From: Selaginella moellendorffii
Taxonomy: Eukaryota; Plantae; Lycopodiophyta
Direction of reading: 5' to 3'
Assembly (NCBI RefSeq): GCF_000143415.4
Contig: NW_003314300.1
Span: 360,385 to 424,384, forward strand
DNA length: 64,000 bases
In this document: one piece after another, positions 47,800 through 60,926 of the stretch
Numbering within the stretch: position 1 is the first letter of the stretch
Layout: each line of letters starts with the position of its first letter
Made by a program: the position numbers and the translations under genes
The notes under the pieces: generated by a model
What the model saw: only the letters and a program-made list of their open reading frames with translations
Told to the model about the DNA's origin: nothing
The model's database searches: none

Positions 47800-48210
47800 A
47801 TACTTCGATTAACATTTGGAAGATGAAAGCAATGTTTGGAAAGAAAAGTAACATTTTTGGAAAATGTGCACACAACACTTGGATGAAGGAAATACTTAGA
47901 AAGGATGCAACAGAAGCAACACTTGGTAAGTATACAATAACACTTGGATGGATGTAACACTTGGTGAAAATGCAACACTTGATAGCAATATAAAGATGGA
48001 GGAAATACTTGGTGAAGATGTAACCTTTAGTGGTAATATAAAGATGGAGGAAACACTAAGATGCAACACATTTAGAGCAACAATTTGATATAACATTTGG
48101 TGGCAACACTTAAAGGTAACACTTGGAAGTAACACTAGAATGCAACACTTGGAGCAAACTTAGAGGCAACATTAAGATGAAACACTTGAATAAGGCAATA
48201 CTTGAAATAA
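47800..48210 (+). repeat. Minisatellite-like array of AACACTTG(G) cores, often ~13 bp apart
   Basis: About 20 degenerate copies counted by eye. Confidence 0.75.
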
Positions 48211-48363
48211 TAGGTAGAGATGAATAAATGTTGCATGTATAGGGGATTTGTATATTTCCTTTTCAATACTAGATTTGGAGGAAATTTGTGATATTTTTCT
48301 AGTCTCTATGGCAAAGTTAAAACTTTTTCGAAAATGAGCTAGCATACTTATCCCATATAGGAA

Positions 48364-48900
48364 TGTAACACATATGATCATGGGATGAGATTTAAATATA
48401 TTATTACCATGGATCTTTAAAACTTTGGAGGATAAATGAGGATAAAATAACCATTGTAAAGGCTTTGTTATCAAGCAATTACCTCTTTTCCAATTAACTT
48501 AAGAGAAGAGAGATAGGGGGTGTTACATGTGGTATCAAAACAAATGGCACATGTTTAATTCTTATTGATTAATGGCTGTTTAAATATAATATACTCTTAA
48601 GGAGCATTCACGGATGAAGTTATCTACCATGGGATTGCGGTAAGGGAGGGCAGGGAGACAATGAGTGTAGTGTATGTGATCATAAGATGGTTTGTTTTGA
48701 GTTCACTTAATTTAAATCTAAGAGTTGCAATTACATCATTATTAGACATCATTTTGGCACTAAAGGCACCTTAGTGGTGGAATGCTCTATAATGAATTTC
48801 ACATGTCATAGAGCATAGTAGGTGATTTCAAGTTTTGTTGTGAAATCACTTGAAAGTTAAATGACTGAAGAGCTATATTAAGCATTTATGTTTGTAGTTT
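48364..48900 (+). mobile_element. Short LTR (48364-48527) + degenerate Met PBS + gag relic
   Basis: TGTAACAC...GTGTTACA, then TGGTATCAAAAC at 48530, with a downstream gag-like WWNAL remnant. Confidence 0.75.
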
Positions 48901-51330
48901 CACTAGTTTCATTTTGTGGAAGTGTTTTCTGGATGTTTTATTTAGTCCCTATGAAACATTGGGGAATATACATATACATTTCAACAAATATGCGGGATTC
49001 TACCAAGCATTTCCACCAATTGATTTTTGTCAAATTCGTCACAAAGAGACTGATATGTACAAAAATGATTGGTTTTAATATTTCATTCATGACCTTTCCA
49101 CCATCAATAATGAAAAAGATTGTTTCCGACAACCTTCTAACCCATTCAGTTATTTTGTCCATGTCCTCTTGAATTCTAGCAAATAACTCAAGCTTTATTG
49201 GATCATGGAGGAATGTAAAAATGAGAGAAGTGTATAAAGACATTAGAGAGCATGCAAGCAAATACTTGATATAGGATAGGATATACAAGTTTTCTAGCAC
49301 CAACTTCTACTCTCAATTTTACATCTTTCACAACTTCTATATTGTTAGGGCCTAGATGCTTAGCTCTAGCATTTGTATCTTCTGAAGAAGAGAAAGCATG
49401 TTCTACAAAGACACCCTATTCCATGCAAGTTGTTATCCATCTCCTCTATTTCTCCTAGAGCTTCTATGGATGCATTGGCTGTCCAAGATGTCATGTTGTA
49501 ACCCTAATTATGCAAGAATTCATAAACATGATATCATAGGTACACATCTAATTTTATCAACATACTAGATATTGCCAGCAAATGCTAGGTATGCACATAA
49601 ATCATCAGATAGATATGAAATTTGTGCTTTGTTCATTCAAGTCAATTAAAGAAATAATTACAATGATGCTATAGAATGTCAAGCATGTAGCTTCCAGTGC
49701 AAAGTCATGCAAAAAACCAAGCTGGAAGTCAGAACTATCCAGCATAGCATAAGAGGCTTTAGTGGTGGGAACTCATGAACCAAGGCAAGTCCATTTATTA
49801 GTACATTTTATTGATGAGTTAGAGATGGTTGCTAGCCGAATTATATTTTTCACCAAACATTATTTAAGGGTTTTAAAATCTGTAATAAGGTAAAAAAACA
49901 AAATTTGAAGGAAAGAGGTGATGATATTTGTGAGACCCTCTATGAAACATGGTTCTTAGTTTTAAATTTGAAGTGTTGCATGCAAAGCCACTTGCTATGT
50001 AAGAATAAACTGCAAAATAGATTTGCTGCCTGTTGGGAGAAAGAAGTGGTTGCAATGTGAAGGCAGTGAGTGATCTTGATTCCTGAAATAAAAATCTCCA
50101 AAGAAACCCTGATTGCCATTATCTTTTACCTGAAATTAAGATTAGTACTCTCCCGCTGGATTCTATGCTCCTGCAAGATGTGCTCTGTGTCAGAGAGAGA
50201 GAGCCACTCAGAAAAAAAAATGGCTGGACACATCTCACTCACACTTCCAATCCACCAGCCCACTGCTTGTGCTGGCTGTGAGCTAAACAAGCAGTAAAGC
50301 CCTACATGCATGGTACAATTGTCAATTCCCCTTCTTCCCTCCCGACCACCATGTCTGCTGCCCATTGGCTGCAAAAACATCCACTTGATTTTTCTTGAGA
50401 GCATGTCTTCCAAGGCTGCTAGGATCTGATGGCTCCCAGAGGCTGGGCTCTTCATTTTTATGGTAGTACAAACTTCAAAGTTTTGCCTTCTTACCAAATA
50501 TTTTGAAACTTCTAAATAACACTCGATAAAGAATATTTATAGAGTTTTATTTCATACTAGTTCTTCAATAAACTAAAAATTTAAATCAGTTAGTAGGGGC
50601 ACTGACTTTGGCTCCCATGCTGCTGAATGGATGGGCCGCAGGACCAATGGAGGCTTTCTGATCAGATTTTGACCTCCTCGATCACAAGAAAACATTATGA
50701 AGGACTGCTAGGCCAAGTTTTGTACTAGTCCCTAGGGGACATTTGGGAGTAGTGTACATATCGCATTGCATCATGGATCACAAAAAGTTAATTTTATATA
50801 ATAATTTAGCGAGTTTAACAAGAAAAAACCTATTTGAATTCTTACTGGTCTAATGCTTGTCAAACCATCAGAAAAAAAGCTCTCAATATTCATGGCAAAG
50901 ACAGATATTAATCTAGGTCTTTGTCTTTTAGTTTCTGTAATTTTATTCTTTCACTCCTCAATGTACAATTGCAGCTACTGTGCTTGGAACATAAAATGCT
51001 ATTTGCCATAGCAAGAGCAGAACACTTACATTTGCCAACCATATAATGACATTCAAGAGTACACCCAGCAGGTTTCTGGAACTTCGTTTCAAGAGGGGAT
51101 AATAGCAGATCTAGTTGCCCATAGTTGACAAACACATCCGCATGATTGTCATAGTAGATCGCCACCCCATCACTCACCTTTCGCCTTACCTCTGAATGGA
51201 TCGGACGTATTGTCACTCTCTGGAAGGCCAGGTCACTGACAGTACGGGGATGCTTTGTGAACTACAATGACGTTGTTACCTGGCAGAAGCTCAGGCAAAA
51301 GTGGGTTGAAGCTCCGAGACAAGCCTTCTC

Positions 51331-52430
51331 CTGCCGCCTCTAGTAGTTGACGTTGTTGGCGGACAAGGCGTGATAGTCTTATACAAGGGCGAGGTTAGCA
51401 ACATGACGGTCGAGCTTTGCAACATGGCAGTTATAGAGGCGAACATAACAATGGTGGCGAGACGCCGCAAGCAAAATGTATATGTCGAGGACGATGTTCT
51501 TCAGACGGCACTACCTCTATACACTGGCATAAAGGCGTCCGTGCCCATACAGCTCCAAATTGGCCACCTGGATTCGCAGACACTCGAAAACTCCACTCAA
51601 TCTTTGGACGAAGAAGCTTTTCTTCATGTTCACTATGCAGGTACGTATCCAGTTTATCTTGTGGAACTAACAAAAGGACATTTTTACAGGTTCTCGCACT
51701 CCTGAAAGGACTGACGAAGAACTCTCCTGATAGACGGCTGACTAGTCGTTTGAGGCTTCGAGTTCTTCAAGGCCTTCGTCTTGTCAATTCGCAGCTGCTG
51801 TCGATGGATATTCCTCTTCAACTAAGCAGTACTCTCCCTAGCGGACACTGGCAAGGCCGAAGCAAACGCCTGGATCCTTACAGTCAACGAGTTCTCGAGC
51901 TAGAGCTGTGGAATGGGACGGACGCTTTCTTTGAAGTGACAGTGGCCGTCAAAGGCGAAGAACTACGTGCCGGCACAAAAGTTGATAGGAAGCACTGTGC
52001 ACGAGTGCTGGTCCCGTTGGAAAAATTCAAAGCTCTGGAGCACAGGAAGTGACCTCCATGATTGAGGAGCTGTGCTCGAGCATCTGCGTGAGGTGGTCGT
52101 CAGGGAAGAGCAGCAGCGGCGAGCTCCACTTGAAGAATGCACTCCGCGAGGCACTGAAAGACTCGTCCTCCTTCCGGATCCACTCGTATGCATTCTCTGG
52201 GAGAGGTAGTGCACAGGATTTAGCTGTTCTTCCTAGTTTCAGGAGAGTCAGTCCCACGTCTGATCCAAAGCTCTCAAGGTTATCTCACAAAGAAAAAACT
52301 GACTTGCCAGTGTGCTTGCTCCAAAGATGTCCCGGCAAGCGACACTGAGCGACACGGCCACGTCCTCGGCCGTGTTGTTCTTGACGAGCATCTAGATCGG
52401 GACGAGCTGGTTTGGAACGTCCTCCCCACC
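51331..52430 (+). pseudogene. TRS120: TRAPPII subunit TRS120/TRAPPC9 C-terminal fragment, frameshifted, last piece inverted
   Basis: LVVDVVGGQGVIVLYKGEV, LHVHYAG, RRL...VLQGL, LELELWNGTD..FEV, KVDR..CARVLVPLE.FK, VRWSSGKSSSGELHLK. Minus strand 52327-52400 gives MLVKNNTAEDVAVSLSVACRD. Confidence 0.8.
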
Positions 52431-52689
52431 TCCACTCACCAAAAGGTTAGGGTTCTTCACAAGTAAATCTTGTCTTCCTTTTGCCTTTTTGTCTTTATAT
52501 CTCAACCTCCTCCACCCAAAAAGTTTAGCAGCAAGTTTGTGGGTTTGCAAGGTTTTCTCTAGATCTGATATTCAAGCTCCAGCCCAAAGTGTTATCCCAC
52601 GCCCAAGTTTCAAATTAGCATAATCAGTACTTTGTTAGAGGCTACAACATTTTTGTTGTTCTCTGAACCTCTAGTTGTCCAAGGACAAA

Positions 52690-52880
52690 ATGACTACCTG
52701 TTTTGATGATATTGATTGGGTTCGCTCTGTGTGGTCGTGAACAAGCTCTCAATGATAGTGTTTGTGTTGGCCGGTAGGAGGATGTTAAGGATCTTCTTGT
52801 CACCATGGATGATCCTGTGGATTTTCAGAATGCTGTCAACAAGGCTGTGCATGTGGACAAATTGAGAGTGGTGTTAGGAG
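52690..52880 (+). mobile_element. Retrotransposon gag relic
   Basis: EDVKDLLVTMDDPVDFQNAVNKAVHVDKLR resembles the gypsy capsid C-terminus. Confidence 0.55.
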
Positions 52881-55209
52881 AGTTATCAACCACTACCTAC
52901 ATCTAGTTTGCCTGTACCTGCACCTGCAACTAGACCTGTGCCTATGATGCCATTTCACAATCTAGTCCCCTCTTGCATGTGGAACATCAGCATCAATGGT
53001 TTGTGCTTATATTGTGGATCCATGTCTCTATCAAGACTATAGGCAAAGAACACAGGACTAGAATGAAAGACGAGAGAAAGCTAGCAAGAAAACACAAGAA
53101 GATCAGCCCAAGACTAGTGTTGATTCAATTCAAAGGTTTGTATAAGTCTGTTAAATTTTGCTATCACCACCAATAAAAATAGTATGTGCCATTTGACTAA
53201 CACAGCCTGCAGATAAGTAAGTCTAGAACCTGATCTCAAGTGATAGAGTGTGCTCAATAAAGATAGTTACCACTATAATTATTGATAGTGATGGCTGATC
53301 TATTTCTCAAATTTTAAAAGAACCACTATTTCTCAAATTAAATAAATATCACCAAACAATGATAAATGCATAAATCATTCTATTTTGGTATGCTTTTTAT
53401 TGTTTGGAACTGCATCTTCAATAATATAATTTAAATAAAAAAGGATGCAAACAACTAAATTAGTATTTACATCATCTTAAATCATGTGAAACTTATATAT
53501 AAGATAATATAAAAAGAACAACTTGATTTCTTTTAAGCAATATTGATGCATAGTAAGAAAAACTTAAAAGAAAGAATTAACTATAATGTTAATAATAGTC
53601 TCTGAATGCATTACTAAATTGTAAAGTCCTTAGTTTTGATTTCCTGGGATGTCATCTGTCCCAGTACTACTAAAATATAAGGAAACTTAACTTCTACTAT
53701 TACAAAATATTTAATTAATTAAAAAAAGAGTATTTTTACCTTTATCTTTGAATATTAATGGTTCTTATACATATGTGATTTTTTGCATAATGAATTATTA
53801 TAGGATAACCATATAGTGGAACTTAACCCTTGGACATGTATGCTATAAGCAATAGAGTGGGATTTGAATTTTAGGGCCTTAGGCCATTGAATGAAGGTAC
53901 AAAGCTGAAATTTTAAATGTATAGGTAATGAGTGAAAGAACATGAGTACAGAGCAATATTAGAACAATCCTAGAGCATTTAACATTTTAATGTTAAAATT
54001 AACATGCACAACAAAGCTAAAAAAGTTTAATCTTATTTTAGCAATTTAATGAAAGGAAATATGGTATAGAGCTTAGGCTTAAACCCAAGCCAAATGCGGA
54101 AAAAAAATAAACATGATAAGGAGCTAAATAATATCTTAAGATGATCAATTATGTTCAACTTACTCACTATCTTTATTAAAACCCTTTATACACCCAACCC
54201 AGCCTAATCAACCCACCTCACTTAAGAATTTATTCCTTATACTCATCTAACTAAGTGTTAAAGCACTTAAAAAAAAGAGAGTAATAACAAGAACCAATAA
54301 TATTGACTTGCTATCATGGCAATAAAAGAAAAATATTTGAAATAATTCACCAATAGATAATTTTTTATACCCATAATCATATTCATCTATCAATGGTAAT
54401 ATATACAATTATTGTTGGAGAATAATCCACCATCCCAAAGAATGATAAATCTTCTATTATTAACAATTATTAAGACTTTTAATAACAATAGCCCAACCCC
54501 CAACCTAAACTTTTTTATACTTGCTTTTCTTTATAAGAGAATACAACCCAACCAATTACTACCAACAAGCATTGTGGTAAACAAGGATGCAAAGGGTTTT
54601 GGGATGTAGAAGGATCAAGCTTCAAGCTAGATTGTTTGTAACCCATCTTTAAGTGGTGCATAACTCATAATATAGTATATATTCTATGCTAGGTTGTGAT
54701 TTAAACATTCTCTAAGCATTTATAGCAAATATATATTGAATGCAATGAACACAAAAGATTTTAGTAATTTTTTACTAAAACTCATATGAGTATATTTATT
54801 TAGTAAAAATAGTAAAACTTAGTAACAACTAAGTATAGTACCTTTTAGTGCTATAGATTTGGGAGTGTAAGTGTTTTTTGTAATGAACTTTCCTTCATAA
54901 AAATGGCCTTCTATAATCTGAGGACAATGAATAATACCACCACAAAGCTATCCACACACAATCCAACAAACTAAATATTACTTACCATAACCAAAGAGTA
55001 ATGGAGATCTTGATCAAGAGAAAGCTTAATAAACTTAAGTGAATGAAACCCAAATGCCAAGTAAACTTCAATAGTGAGAGGAGGAACACTTTAAAAAACC
55101 AAAACCCTAACTCACTTTCTAGTTAATTGCTTAAGAGCTAAGAAAGTTATGACCCAATTGCATAGCACTAGAGAAAATATAAGAGAAAATCATAAGTTCA
55201 CACTCTCTA

Positions 55210-55790
55210 TGTAGTGCGTATGATCATGGGATACATACTATCACAATGAATCCTTAAAACCTTGGTTTAAAGGGAGAGATATAGAGTGTGGTATATGTGG
55301 TATCAGAGCAAATGACACAAGTTCAATACCATTAATTAATGGCTATTTAAAATATAATATACCCTTGAGCAAGGTATATTTCTAAATCTAAAATTAAAGT
55401 CATACATATTAGGCATCTATGAGTATTCCTTCATCTTATGTGGAAATGGAAGTTGATTGGCTTAATAAGGGTTATTAATTAATAGTTAATAGTGAATAAG
55501 GATATGAACATCTCTAAAGGGGGGTGAGTGTGTATTGCGCATCTATAAGTATTCCTTCATCTTGTAAAGCANNNNNNNNNNNNNNNNNNNNNNNNNNNNN
55601 NNNNNNNNNNNNNNNNNNNNNNNNNNNNNNNNNNNNNNNNNNNNNNNNNNNNNNNNNNNNNNNNNNNNNNNNNGGGGTTATTAGTCAATAGTCAATAGTC
55701 AATAAAGACATTGACATCTTTGAAGGGGGGGTAAGTGTAAAGCATGTGATCATAGAATGAGAATTGGATATATTGTCACTATGGATCTAC
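55210..55790 (+). mobile_element. Second short-LTR family member (TRIM-like), spans assembly gap
   Basis: Shortened LTR from 55210, PBS TGGTATCAGAGC at 55298, PPT GAAGGGGGGGTAAG then TGTAAAGCATGTGATCAT at 55736. LTR and post-PBS sequence match 48364-48600. Confidence 0.7.
55572..55673. other. Assembly gap (102 N)
   Basis: Run of n characters. Confidence 1.
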
Positions 55791-55924
55791 GCTATTATTA
55801 TATACAATCTAGTATGAAAAAGTAATTAAAATCCAGACCTAAGGGATAAATGTGAAGCCATATGAACCAAACATATACCCATTCAAATCATCATTTTCAT
55901 CAAACCAAACTCTTAAGCATACAT

Positions 55925-56085
55925 ATAGTGCACTCTATCTCTCTTCCTTTAAACCAATTAAAAAAGGGGTATTTGTTTGATAAAAGAGCTTTTAATGGTT
56001 ATTTTATTTCCATTTATCCCCCAAGATTTTAAGGATTCATAGTGACAATATATTTAAATCTCATTCTATGATCACATGTATTACA
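55925..56085 (-). mobile_element. Solo-like LTR of the 48364 family, inverted
   Basis: Reverse complement starts TGTAATACATGTGATCATAGAATGAGATTTAAATATATT, matching 48364-48527. Confidence 0.75.
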
Positions 56086-58228
56086 ATACAACCAAGGTGT
56101 AAAGGAATTAGAGCACAAAATGACTCTAAGCATTCAACTCAAGGTGCGAAGGAGTATGAGCACGAACCAATGTTGGAATAGTTTTAGAGCTTTTAGCATC
56201 TCAATGCCATGACTAACACGCAAAAATGAGCCAAACCAAGTCTAGGGTTATTTTAATATATCGATAGCTTAACATAAGGATATAATGCTCCACCAATTAG
56301 AGCTTAGGCCTAGACCCAAGCCAAATATAGAACAAAGACAAACACATAAATAGAAGCTAAACTATAGCTCTAATTATGCCTTATTTACCCACTATCCCTA
56401 TTATGCCTCCCCCCCCTATTTTGGGCTTTCACTTTAGTCCCAGGAGTTAGTTTCTAGGACAATTACAAAAATTTACCAATATGGAATAATGTTAGATTGC
56501 GAATCTAAGAGTGGGAATAACATTATTGTGTTTAGAATAATCTCTACATTCTGTAAATATGCCCAATTAGTAAACCTAGACATTTTTTATAAATAGCTAA
56601 TGGGACTAAACAAAACTAACACATGGGGAAATGATAGTGAGAGTGTCTTGGTGGACATAATAAATTATCACCTAACAAGTATTAAGGGACCAATTAATAT
56701 TGTAGGGGTTCTTGTCAAATTAATATAAAATAAAACAAAAGAAAACTAACAAATTAGGCTAAATATACTTGGCTAAATAGACATTTAGCCTTATTCTCAT
56801 TTGACCAAGTACAAATGAAGTTAAGTTTATTATCATTTAAACAAGAGGGATTAATAAATGGTCTAGTAATACCAACCTCCTATCGTCATAATAATACAGA
56901 AAGAATATCTAAAAGGACTTGCCGACAGGTAACTTTTGATACCCAGTCATATTTATGACACTCTATCACCTAAGAACTTTAAATATAAAATTTAGAAATT
57001 ACAACCAAATACTTAGTAATACCTATATTATGATTATGCAAAGGAATCAAAGGAGGAATAAAAGAATCAATAAGAATATATATACATGCAGTCCAAGCTC
57101 TAGATATAGTTGTGGCATTTAGGTTGTGATATAGAGATCCAAAGAGAACTAGAAGAAATCAACATTATAAAGAGGAAGGCAATGATAGAAAAACCATGCC
57201 CCTTTCTTAAAGCAATTAATAATGTTCTTAGAATATTTTTAGTTCTAATGAGAGATTACACTTAGTTTTTAGTGTGTTTTAGAGTGTTTTTGAGAGTATT
57301 GATTGTAGTTCACAATTGGCCACTAGCAACAGGGCATCTATGAGCAATCTTATGAAGTATAAATTGACATTACACCATCCTTCTATCCAAAAAATAAAAA
57401 AACTTCAAGAAGTCAAGTTTGGTGGAATATTTAGAGTTTTAGCTAAGCTATTGCATAGAACTTGAAAATCCTATGGACCATTAACCTATAAAATATAGTT
57501 GTTGACAACTATGACAAAAATAAAACCTAAAGCTATAGCATAAACATCAATCAATTGCAACTTTATATACAATTGTTAAATGCTTAAACTAACTTTGAAA
57601 TTGTAATTCTAAACCAAAACAAGGGATTTCAAGGGCAAACATAATTTACCAAATACCACTGCAGTGAATAATAAATTCCACTTTTATGTTTACCTTTCAA
57701 TTAGTCTCACAAGAACTTATTTATATGTCTTCTTTCTGGTTAACCCTCTGAGACTTATATTACACAACCTTTATCATGTTTAGCATTGCATATAAAAAGT
57801 CAAAATCACTCCATTTGTCCCCTTTATACTTCTTATCCCCTTTGTGAAGGAAAAAAATGTTTTGAAATGCCAACTCCATTTGGACTCATTGTACTTGGTT
57901 ATTTATATTCATCCTCACTCTTATTATATTTGTTTAAACTTGCTACACTCATCTTTACTTCACAATTTATATCATCAATCCTTGGTCCACTGAAAAAAAA
58001 GTTTGAAGTGTCTGGGCCAAAAAAGAGAATATTATGAAAAATTAAAGAAGAAATATTATGGAAGAAAAAATGACATTGGAATTTTTAGTAATTTTCAAGA
58101 TAAAAATAGGAAAATAAAAAGAAGGAAATGTGAATTCCTTCGCACAGTTGTGAAATTGAGAATAAAGATTAAATCCTGCTCAATTACTTTTATTTCTACT
58201 TCTCAACTAAAATGTCTTTTTTTTATTG

Positions 58229-60829
58229 TTATTGTGCTGTGATGTCTCTGGCCTTTGCCGGCTCCATCAACTTTTGCGCATCCTCAACCCTGCCAAGCTT
58301 GATCAAGCTCTCGGAAAGGATCCTAAACGTCTCCGGGTTTGGCACCGCGCCGCTCTTCCTCGTCGCCTCAAACACCGCATAAGCCTGGTCGATGTTTCCC
58401 GTCTTGCAAAGCCCTCCAACGAAGCTCACGCAGCTCACGGGATCCAGCAAGAACTTCTTCTCCCTCATCTGCTTGTAAACCTCCAGAGCTTCGTCCAGCT
58501 TCGTCGCTCGAGACAGTCCCGCGATGAGGATGCGATACGTGCAAGAATCAGCCGCGAGACCTTTGGTTCCCATCTCCGCGACGAGCTCGTTCGCTCGGCC
58601 CAGCTTCCCCAGCTTGCAAAACCCATCGATGAGCGTGTTGAAAGTCACAATCGTTGGCTGCAAGCCTGCGCCGCCGGACATCTCCCTGTAGAGCTTTTCG
58701 GCCTCGTCCATGCTGCCCCTCTTGCAGTAGCCGGCGATGAGCGAGTTGTAGGCCACCGCGTCCGGGGGAATGCACGCTTGAGTCATCTTCTCGAAGAGCT
58801 CCCTGGCTTGGATCACCTTCTCGGCCCGGCAAAGCCCCGAGATGAGAGTCGTGTAAGTGTACTTGTTTGGCTTGCATCCGGCCTCGAGCATGCTGCCGAA
58901 GACTTCCAAGGCCTTCTCCAGTTCCCCCGTGCGGCACAGCCCGTGGATGAGCGTGCTGAAAGTGATCACGTTTGGGACGTAGCCAGCAGCTCGCATCGCC
59001 TCGAAGAGCTTGCAGCCTTCTTCCACCCTTCTGGCTTTGCATACCGCGTCGAGCAGCGTGTTGTAAGTCACCACGTCCGGAGAACACGAGTGGCTCTTCA
59101 TCTCGGCGAACAAGGTGTTGGCTTGCTCAAGCTGGCCGGAGGAGCACAGGCCGTGGAGCAAAACGTTGTAAACGGGGACGTTTGGTTGGCAGCCGTGCTT
59201 GGGCATCTGCTTGAAGCGTTCCGAGGCATCTTTCACCTTCCCCGCTTGGCAGAGGCCGAGTATGAGCTCGTAGAACATAAGTCTGTCCGGGTGGTGGCCG
59301 CCTCGAATCATCTCGTCGAACAGGCTGCTCGCGTGGTCGACTCTCCGCGCCTTGGCTAGCGCTCGAACGAGGCTCGAGTACGCCTGCATGGACGGCGTCT
59401 GTCCTCTCATCACCATCTCGGACAGGATCTTCAAGGACTCGTCAAGCTTGCCAATCTTCGCGAGGCCGTGGATGAGAATGTGGTACGAGACGTTGTCCGG
59501 CTTGTATCCGCTTTCCACCATATGTTGGTATACTTCTCTCGCCTTCTCCATGTTGTTGGACCTCGCAAAGCCTTGCATGACGCCGTTGAAGGCAAACACA
59601 TCGGGGTTACACCCGGCTGCCATCATCTCTTCCAAAACTTTGTAGCTCTCCTCGGGCTTTGCCTCCTTCACCAGGCTCTTGATGATGGAGCTGTAAGTAA
59701 AGACGTTGGCCGCGATGTTCTTGTCTCTCATCTCGGACAAAAGCTTCCTGGCACCTTCGGTGTTCCCCGAGCTGCAAAGCCCGGATATGAGAGTGTTGTA
59801 AGTCCATCTATCCGGCTCCACTCTCTTCTCGCGTTTCATACTCTGGAACAGATCGAGAGCCTTTCCAAACTCACCAGCGTTGCAGCGGCTGTTGATGAGG
59901 ACGTTGTAAGTTACGAGTGACGGTACGCAAGACTCGCTCTTCATCTTCTCGAAGACTTCCAGTGCCTGTGCCAGCATCCCCGCTTTAGCCAAGCTTTGCA
60001 CGACGAAGTCATAAGCGTCACCACCTATAGCACACTTGGCCTTGCTCATTCTTTTCAAGATCTCGTAGACGCGAACTCCCTTTCCGGCTTTCCCAAACGC
60101 TGCAACGACGGCCGACCAAGTCTTGGACTCCACGGCCACCTTTTGCGATCCCAGGCAGTCTAGCACGCTCTCGATCTCTGCGAGACGCTCCTCCGGCTTC
60201 GCTGCGAGGAGCTGGATCAAACTCTCCAGCGTCGTCGAGGATCGAGGAGCAAAGTTGGATGCTACCATCGTCTTGAACGCGTCGAAGGCCTTGTCCGTGG
60301 AGTTCGTCGCGACGAGAATCTCGAGAAGAACGTTGTGGACATCCTTCTCAGCCATGAAACCATTCTCTGCCGCGATCATGGCCTCGCAAGCCGGTATCAA
60401 AAGCTTGGATCGACCATCTCTCACCAAGCTGTGAAGAACGAGCTTGAAAGTTTCCTCGTCCACGTCCAAGAAGCCCGGGCCGCGCTGCTGGATCTGCTGG
60501 ACGAGCTGGTTCACGACTCTCTTCTGGGCATCGAGGGAGACGCTGGAATGAGAGTAACCGCGCTGGCCTTCCACCCAGCTCAAGAACTTGAGCGCTACTC
60601 GGCGATCTTTGATGGATTTCACGACCTCCACGGCATGCTGGGGCTCTACAAGGCCAGCATTTAGACCCTCGAGCCTCTTCGCCGTGTCGGGCGTCCATCC
60701 CCCACTGAGAACGCGGCCGATCGTCTCAACCACGTCGATCTTCTTGGAAATCTTGGCCCTTGTGCTCGCCAATCGCGACTGGAAATTCCTGGAGCTGCTA
60801 CTTACCTGATTGTAGCACGAGCGTAACAT
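58229..60829 (-). CDS. P-class PPR protein, intronless, 866 aa, organelle-targeting-like N-terminus
   Basis: Tandem 35-aa PD/PN..TYN.LI.GLC repeats and an R/S-rich N-terminus. Confidence 0.95.
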   Translation of the reverse strand: MLRSCYNQVSSSSRNFQSRLASTRAKISKKIDVVETIGRVLSGGWTPDTAKRLEGLNAGLVEPQHAVEVVKSIKDRRVALKFLSWVEGQRGYSHSSVSLDAQKRVVNQLVQQIQQRGPGFLDVDEETFKLVLHSLVRDGRSKLLIPACEAMIAAENGFMAEKDVHNVLLEILVATNSTDKAFDAFKTMVASNFAPRSSTTLESLIQLLAAKPEERLAEIESVLDCLGSQKVAVESKTWSAVVAAFGKAGKGVRVYEILKRMSKAKCAIGGDAYDFVVQSLAKAGMLAQALEVFEKMKSESCVPSLVTYNVLINSRCNAGEFGKALDLFQSMKREKRVEPDRWTYNTLISGLCSSGNTEGARKLLSEMRDKNIAANVFTYSSIIKSLVKEAKPEESYKVLEEMMAAGCNPDVFAFNGVMQGFARSNNMEKAREVYQHMVESGYKPDNVSYHILIHGLAKIGKLDESLKILSEMVMRGQTPSMQAYSSLVRALAKARRVDHASSLFDEMIRGGHHPDRLMFYELILGLCQAGKVKDASERFKQMPKHGCQPNVPVYNVLLHGLCSSGQLEQANTLFAEMKSHSCSPDVVTYNTLLDAVCKARRVEEGCKLFEAMRAAGYVPNVITFSTLIHGLCRTGELEKALEVFGSMLEAGCKPNKYTYTTLISGLCRAEKVIQARELFEKMTQACIPPDAVAYNSLIAGYCKRGSMDEAEKLYREMSGGAGLQPTIVTFNTLIDGFCKLGKLGRANELVAEMGTKGLAADSCTYRILIAGLSRATKLDEALEVYKQMREKKFLLDPVSCVSFVGGLCKTGNIDQAYAVFEATRKSGAVPNPETFRILSESLIKLGRVEDAQKLMEPAKARDITAQ

Positions 60830-60926
60830 CGCTCGCCATCGTCATCGCGGCCTCATCTCTCTACCCTAGCAAAATTCGTAGGGTTCTTCGCGACCATGAG
60901 CTGGGCACTTCTTCAAGAAATCTGTG

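Noticed and set aside
47800-48210. CRISPR-like array
   Set aside because: Eukaryotic context, 8-9 bp degenerate cores, no unique spacers of constant length and no cas genes.
58226-59359. 377-aa plus-strand ORF
   Set aside because: Antisense shadow of the GC-rich P-class PPR, with no ATG start or domain.
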